Of a DNA stretch of 16,733 nucleotides, positions 13,980-16,733 are shown piece by piece. This DNA is from a virus: IMG/VR virus record IMGVR_UViG_3300016476_000212, positions 1 to 16,733 of that record, one strand, 5' to 3'. Both the position numbers and the translations under genes were made by a program. A model generated the notes under the pieces. That model saw only the letters and a list, made by a program, of their open reading frames with translations, made no database searches and had not been told where the DNA came from. How positions within the stretch are numbered: position 1 is the stretch's first letter; each line of letters starts with the position of its first letter.

Positions 13980-14244
13980 GGCCGGACATATACGAGCCTC
14001 AAGGGGTGCAGTTTATGGGCATCCTTACATTAACCATCTTCGAATCTCGAAGCTTTGGTCGGCATATTTGGATTTTCCGATTACGCCAGATCAAGCGGCG
14101 ATATGTATGGCACTCGTCAAAGTCTCACGACTTGCAGAGACTCCGGGTCATAGAGGAAAAGATGGATACATTGATGGTGTGGCCTATCTCTCACTTGCTG
14201 CCCAACTCGCGACAACCGATCCCACCGAGTTTGATGCCTATTAG
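13930..14244 (+). CDS. Conserved phage protein of unknown function (DUF6378-like pattern)
   Basis: 104 aa with SD GGAAAGGA 7 nt upstream. The pattern R..VYGHP..NH..IS.LWSAYL...ITP.Q...CM.LVK.SRL....GH..D.YID...Y matches my recollection of a widespread phage domain of unknown function. Confidence 0.55.
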   Translation: MENDSPKTITAQEILDEAGHIRASRGAVYGHPYINHLRISKLWSAYLDFPITPDQAAICMALVKVSRLAETPGHRGKDGYIDGVAYLSLAAQLATTDPTEFDAY

Positions 14245-14503
14245 AAAATTACAAGGGAAGTCGGTTTGGTGCGATGTCTGCAAGCTGGCGTACCCTCAAG
14301 GACATGTTAGACAACAGACCCCGGCCGTGTGGCAGGTTATCTCAGAGACACAAAAACACAAAGGCAGGACGCGAAACTACTGCCAGCCATGCGCTAACAA
14401 TGCTCAAATGTGGCACGATGGCTCTATATGGACATTCCGGCAACAGCTGGATTACGCACTAGGAAAGGAAGCAATAGATGGCATGGAACTTACAGGATTA
14501 TGA
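14234..14503 (+). CDS. Small Cys4 zinc-ribbon protein (89 aa)
   Basis: This is the ATG-initiated 3' part of the 13976-14503 track ORF. It contains WCDVCKLAY...NYCQPCANN (CxxC...CxxC). It overlaps the previous gene by 11 nt and the next by 26 nt. Confidence 0.45.
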   Translation: MPIRKLQGKSVWCDVCKLAYPQGHVRQQTPAVWQVISETQKHKGRTRNYCQPCANNAQMWHDGSIWTFRQQLDYALGKEAIDGMELTGL

Positions 14504-15143
14504 GGATGTGGCCAGCCTTAACCGCTGGTTTCAAGATAACTTCCCGACAGGCAGAATCTTGCCTACTTTTGTCTATCAAAACTACCAAGATCAAGAGGTA
14601 GTTATTGAATGTGCCTTGTTTAGGGATATCAATGACGAGCATCCAGCTGTGGTGAATGTGGCTCGAGGTAAAGCATCGGACTATCCAAAGAACATGCAGC
14701 GATGGTATGTCGAGGACACGGCTACGAGCGCAATCGGTAGGGCTATTTTGCTTATCAAGGGAGCCAATAAGACGGCTACGCAAGACTCGATGAGACAAGT
14801 CGCCGCAACTGATCCAGGGCACAAAGTAGAGCATCCATTCAAGCCCGAGGGAAAGCCAGTACCTAACGAGCCAGAAACAGTAGTTTGGGAAGACTTTGAG
14901 CCTAAGGCATTTAGCGAGCAAGACACCTTTATCGCAGACCTACAGGCACAGCTAGGAGCCACAGTAGAGGGCTTCAAGTGCAAGCATGGAGACATGATTA
15001 AGAAGGAAGGCGTGAGTGCCAAGACATCTAAGCCCTACTTTGGCTATGTCTGCGGAGCAAGGTCTAAGGCTGACCAATGCGAGGGCAAGTGGGCAAAGAT
15101 GGTTGGTGGTAAATGGGTCTTCGAGGGAAAGGCGACTGACTGA
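14478..15143 (+). CDS. DNA-binding protein; possibly a Rad52/Sak-like single-strand annealing core plus a C-terminal topoisomerase-type zinc ribbon
   Basis: 221 aa with a strong SD AGGAAAGGAAG. The N-terminal pattern YEDVASLNRWF...VVIECALF...VARG...VEDTATSAIGRAILLIKG loosely resembles the Rad52-family beta-beta-beta-alpha core (KEAVTDGLKRAL-type helix). The C-terminus FKCKHGDMIKKEGVSAKTSKPYFGYVCGARSKADQCEGKW resembles a Zn-ribbon. The function is tentative. Confidence 0.35.
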   Translation: MAWNLQDYEDVASLNRWFQDNFPTGRILPTFVYQNYQDQEVVIECALFRDINDEHPAVVNVARGKASDYPKNMQRWYVEDTATSAIGRAILLIKGANKTATQDSMRQVAATDPGHKVEHPFKPEGKPVPNEPETVVWEDFEPKAFSEQDTFIADLQAQLGATVEGFKCKHGDMIKKEGVSAKTSKPYFGYVCGARSKADQCEGKWAKMVGGKWVFEGKATD

Positions 15144-15304
15144 TGGAAGATCGAACAGGAGAGCCAAATGGCTACCCGGTGAACTGTGACTGGTGTGGCC
15201 TACGGCTGGCTAGTTATGCAGCCTATCGAGTGCAGATGGCAGCGCACGATCCCTTGGATTACAACTGGGCTTGTGATCAATGTTACGAAAGGGTTTGGAA
15301 ATGA
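15143..15304 (+). CDS. Tiny Cys4 zinc-ribbon protein (53 aa)
   Basis: This is my own translation from the TGATG overlap: MEDRTGEPNGYPVNCDWCGLRLASYAAYRVQMAAHDPLDYNWACDQCYERVWK. It is below the ORF-track size cut-off. Confidence 0.45.
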   Translation: MEDRTGEPNGYPVNCDWCGLRLASYAAYRVQMAAHDPLDYNWACDQCYERVWK

Positions 15305-15492
15305 GAGCAATTTGCCAAATAAAAAAATGTGAAGACACAGAAATCATGAAAAAAGTACACGAAGATTGGGAGGATTTGATTTATGGTGTTTGTTGGCAAT
15401 GCGGCGACAAACTAAACGAAATAATAGGTATTGACTTGCTGGATAATTTTCAATTTGTGTTGGGATTGGTTCGCGAGAATGTCCGGGACTAG
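15301..15492 (+). CDS. Small Cys4 protein (63 aa) in an AT-rich segment
   Basis: The ATG at 15301 forms an ATGA overlap with the previous ORF. The product is MRAICQIKKCEDTEIMKK...GVCWQCGDKLNEII... (Cx4C...CxxC). The ORF-track start at 15280 lies inside the previous ORF. Confidence 0.45.
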   Translation: MRAICQIKKCEDTEIMKKVHEDWEDLIYGVCWQCGDKLNEIIGIDLLDNFQFVLGLVRENVRD

Positions 15493-15817
15493 AAGGGAGC
15501 GAGGCCGTGAGACTGAGAAACTTGTGGCGAAATATCTGGTTGCTCACGGCTTTACAGGGGCACACGTCACCAGTATGGCGGCTAGTGGTAGCGACATCCT
15601 TGGTATTGAGGGTCTGGATATTGAGGTTAAAGCGAGGCGAGGATTTAATCCATCGGCTGCTATGGCACAACTTAGAGCCAGAGCCAAAGAAACAGGAATG
15701 GGAGTGGCCGTTATGAGGCTAGACGGACAAGGTGAGGCATCTATGGACGATTGGGTAGGCGTGATTCGCCTATCTGATCTGGTCTATCTATTAAAGGCGG
15801 CTGGTTATGGCTCTTGA
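15479..15817 (+). CDS. PD-(D/E)XK-type nuclease, Holliday-junction-resolvase-like
   Basis: The first ATG of the 15431 (TTG) track ORF is used. The product is MSGTRRERGRETEKLVAKYLVAHGF...GSDILGIEGLDIEVKARR. The pattern G..E......L..G...(G)xD....x..(I/V)EVK fits small archaeal-Hjc/YraN-like nucleases. Confidence 0.55.
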   Translation: MSGTRRERGRETEKLVAKYLVAHGFTGAHVTSMAASGSDILGIEGLDIEVKARRGFNPSAAMAQLRARAKETGMGVAVMRLDGQGEASMDDWVGVIRLSDLVYLLKAAGYGS

Positions 15818-15914
15818 GGATGATAAGAGAGTCAGCCGGTGCATAGCGTGTGGAGTCTATGTTTATGCTCGTGAGCTGTGTGAGCGTTGCTATCCAAAAG
15901 ACCAGGCTGCATAG
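15807..15914 (+). CDS. Mini Cys4 zinc-ribbon ORF (35 aa)
   Basis: This is my own translation: MALEDDKRVSRCIACGVYVYARELCERCYPKDQAA. AAAGGCGG lies 7 nt upstream of the ATG. It overlaps the nuclease gene by 11 nt. Confidence 0.35.
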   Translation: MALEDDKRVSRCIACGVYVYARELCERCYPKDQAA

Positions 15915-15958
15915 GCTCTGACCTGCGGTTATGTAAATGTGGCGTAAATCACTGTCCA

Positions 15959-15964
15959 TATAAT
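15959..15964 (+). promoter_or_regulatory. Candidate -10 hexamer TATAAT
   Basis: This is a perfect TATAAT in the AT-rich gap between 15914 and the ATG at 15989. It is preceded by two GTAAAT copies 10 bp apart (15934-15939, 15944-15949). No good -35 element was found. Confidence 0.25.
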
Positions 15965-15988
15965 GAGATTATTAGAAAGGCTACGCTC

Positions 15989-16414
15989 ATGAGACTTGAC
16001 TCGTTCGGTATGCTAAGTCGCAGCCCCGACACTATAGACGGTCGGGGACAAGCGTCTTCGCATTGGGCCCGACTATTACTATTTTCGGTAATAGTCTTTT
16101 GTCTATTTATGCTAAGTAGCAATATGTCGCATGCTCGACCAGCCAAAGACCCAATGAACTACAAACTATACGCTCATAATCAATTACAAGACTGGGATCA
16201 ATTCCTTTGCCTTGTAAGACTCTATGAGAAGGAAAGCAACTGGAGACCAGAGGCTAAGAATGGGTCTCACTATGGGATACCCCAAGGGCGTAGTAAGTGG
16301 CTGGCTACAGCTACACCCTATGAGCAGATTCGATGGGGTCTTAGGTACATAGAGAACAGACATAAGACACCATGTAAAGCATTACGTCACTTCAAGCGTG
16401 TAGGCTGGCACTAA
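15989..16414 (+). CDS. Signal-anchored/secreted lytic-transglycosylase-like (lysozyme-like) protein
   Basis: The ATG at 15989 has AGAAAGG 8 nt upstream. The product has a hydrophobic WARLLLFSVIVFCLFMLSS followed by SHA. Next comes DQFLCLVRLYEKESNWRPEAKNGSHYGIPQ...QIRWGLRYIENRHKTPCKALRHFKRVGWH. This matches my recollection of the actinobacterial transglycosylase-like domain (ES.W...A.N....YGI.Q...QI.WGL.YI..RY..PC.A......GWY). Confidence 0.6.
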   Translation: MRLDSFGMLSRSPDTIDGRGQASSHWARLLLFSVIVFCLFMLSSNMSHARPAKDPMNYKLYAHNQLQDWDQFLCLVRLYEKESNWRPEAKNGSHYGIPQGRSKWLATATPYEQIRWGLRYIENRHKTPCKALRHFKRVGWH

Positions 16415-16665
16415 TGGCCAAGGAATCAAAGCGCGATGGTAGGTGGAAGAAGCTGAGGTTGCAGATACTTAATCGCGATGCGTGGACTTGTGCTTATTGT
16501 GGGGGTGAGGCTAACGAGGTAGATCACATCATTCCGCTTAAGCGTGGTGGTAGTGATGATCCAGATAACCTTACTGCAGCGTGTAGGACGTGCAATATAC
16601 GTAAGAAAGATGGGACTGTGGGCGTTTTTTTAGCACAATCTTCTACCCCCCCCTGTCTTTCGTGA
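16414..16665 (+). CDS. HNH endonuclease
   Basis: 83 aa with a TAATG overlap to the upstream gene. It carries the classic motif W..LR..IL.RD...C.YCG....EVDHIIPL..GG.D..DNL...C..CN..K. Confidence 0.9.
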   Translation: MAKESKRDGRWKKLRLQILNRDAWTCAYCGGEANEVDHIIPLKRGGSDDPDNLTAACRTCNIRKKDGTVGVFLAQSSTPPCLS

Positions 16666-16733
16666 TCGTCTCTCTCCAAAACAGTCCAAACCGGTGCAAA
16701 ACGGACAGACAAAATCTATAACTCCGTCCTATT
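16483..16733. repeat. Right copy of the 251-bp direct terminal repeat
   Basis: Same string as 1-251. It covers the 3' two-thirds of the HNH gene plus 68 bp downstream. Confidence 0.95.

Noticed and set aside
13976-14233. Upstream 86 codons of the 175-aa track ORF 13976-14503, overlapping the 13930-14244 gene in another frame
   Set aside because: The translation (MRPDIYEPQGVQFMGILTLTIFESRSFGRHIWIFRLRQIKRRYVW...) has no recognisable features. The 13930 frame has a strong SD and a conserved-domain-like pattern. I keep only the ATG-initiated Cys4 part from 14234. A genuine long overprinted gene cannot be fully excluded.
16024-16100. Two hairpins (the second followed by TTTT) read as a terminator, with the transglycosylase gene then starting at 16114-16136
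   Set aside because: The reading frame stays open through this AT-rich stretch, where random stops would be frequent. It encodes a convincing hydrophobic helix followed by an SHA cleavage-like site. I therefore treat the region as coding and mention the hairpins only as possible attenuators.
42-16712. All minus-strand ORFs in the track (for example 42-230, 161-343, 291-482, 684-914, 2483-2818, 3086-3331, 5401-5706, 14490-14921, 14681-15022, 15344-15670, 16524-16712)
   Set aside because: Each lies antisense inside a well-supported + strand gene or the cos region. Their translations are low-complexity or Arg/Ser/Cys-rich without motifs, and they lack RBSs. The + strand genes form an unbroken, translationally coupled array.
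1-16733. Search for tRNA genes, CRISPR arrays, integrase/att sites, a repressor-type lysogeny module, a DGR (reverse transcriptase plus template/variable repeats) and toxin-antitoxin pairs
   Set aside because: There are no cloverleaf-like segments in the few non-coding gaps. No spaced direct repeats exist beyond the 11-mer pair. No ORF has tyrosine or serine recombinase or RT motifs. The three tail paralogs are too diverged and lack an adenine-specific mismatch pattern, so a DGR is unlikely.

Overview
The window appears to be a complete, circularly closed genome of a very small tailed dsDNA phage with siphovirus-like architecture. Bases 1-251 are identical to 16483-16733, so the unit length is 16482 bp. 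All convincing genes lie on the + strand and are tightly packed, with many ATGA/GTGA/TAATG stop-start overlaps.

Gene order:
- HNH endonuclease, which wraps across the window ends, then a non-coding putative cos/packaging region.
- Large terminase, with no recognisable small terminase.
- Portal, then a prohead-protease/major-capsid fusion.
- Head-tail adaptor, a neck/terminator-like protein, and the major tail protein.
- Tail assembly chaperone with a canonical -1 frameshift site (CCCAAAA).
- An HK97-gp10-like protein in an unusual position, then the tape measure and a Dit-like distal tail protein.
- A small fibre-like protein followed by three tandem divergent paralogs (putative receptor-binding proteins).
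- A coiled-coil protein and a lysis cassette: an LAS/M15-like peptidase, a TTG-start 2-TM holin candidate below the ORF-track size cut-off, and a 1-TM membrane protein.
- An HTH protein with an acidic tail and a metallophosphoesterase.
- A regulatory intergenic region, then a putative early region. This region holds a DUF6378-like protein, four tiny Cys4 zinc-ribbon ORFs, a possible Rad52/Sak-like DNA-binding protein with a Zn-ribbon, a PD-(D/E)XK nuclease, and a signal-anchored lytic-transglycosylase-like protein.

I saw no integrase, repressor, DNA polymerase, primase, helicase, tRNA or CRISPR array.

All functional calls rest on motif recognition by eye and on synteny. No database search was run. 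Gene content resembles very small actinobacteriophage siphoviruses, but the host assignment is only an inference.
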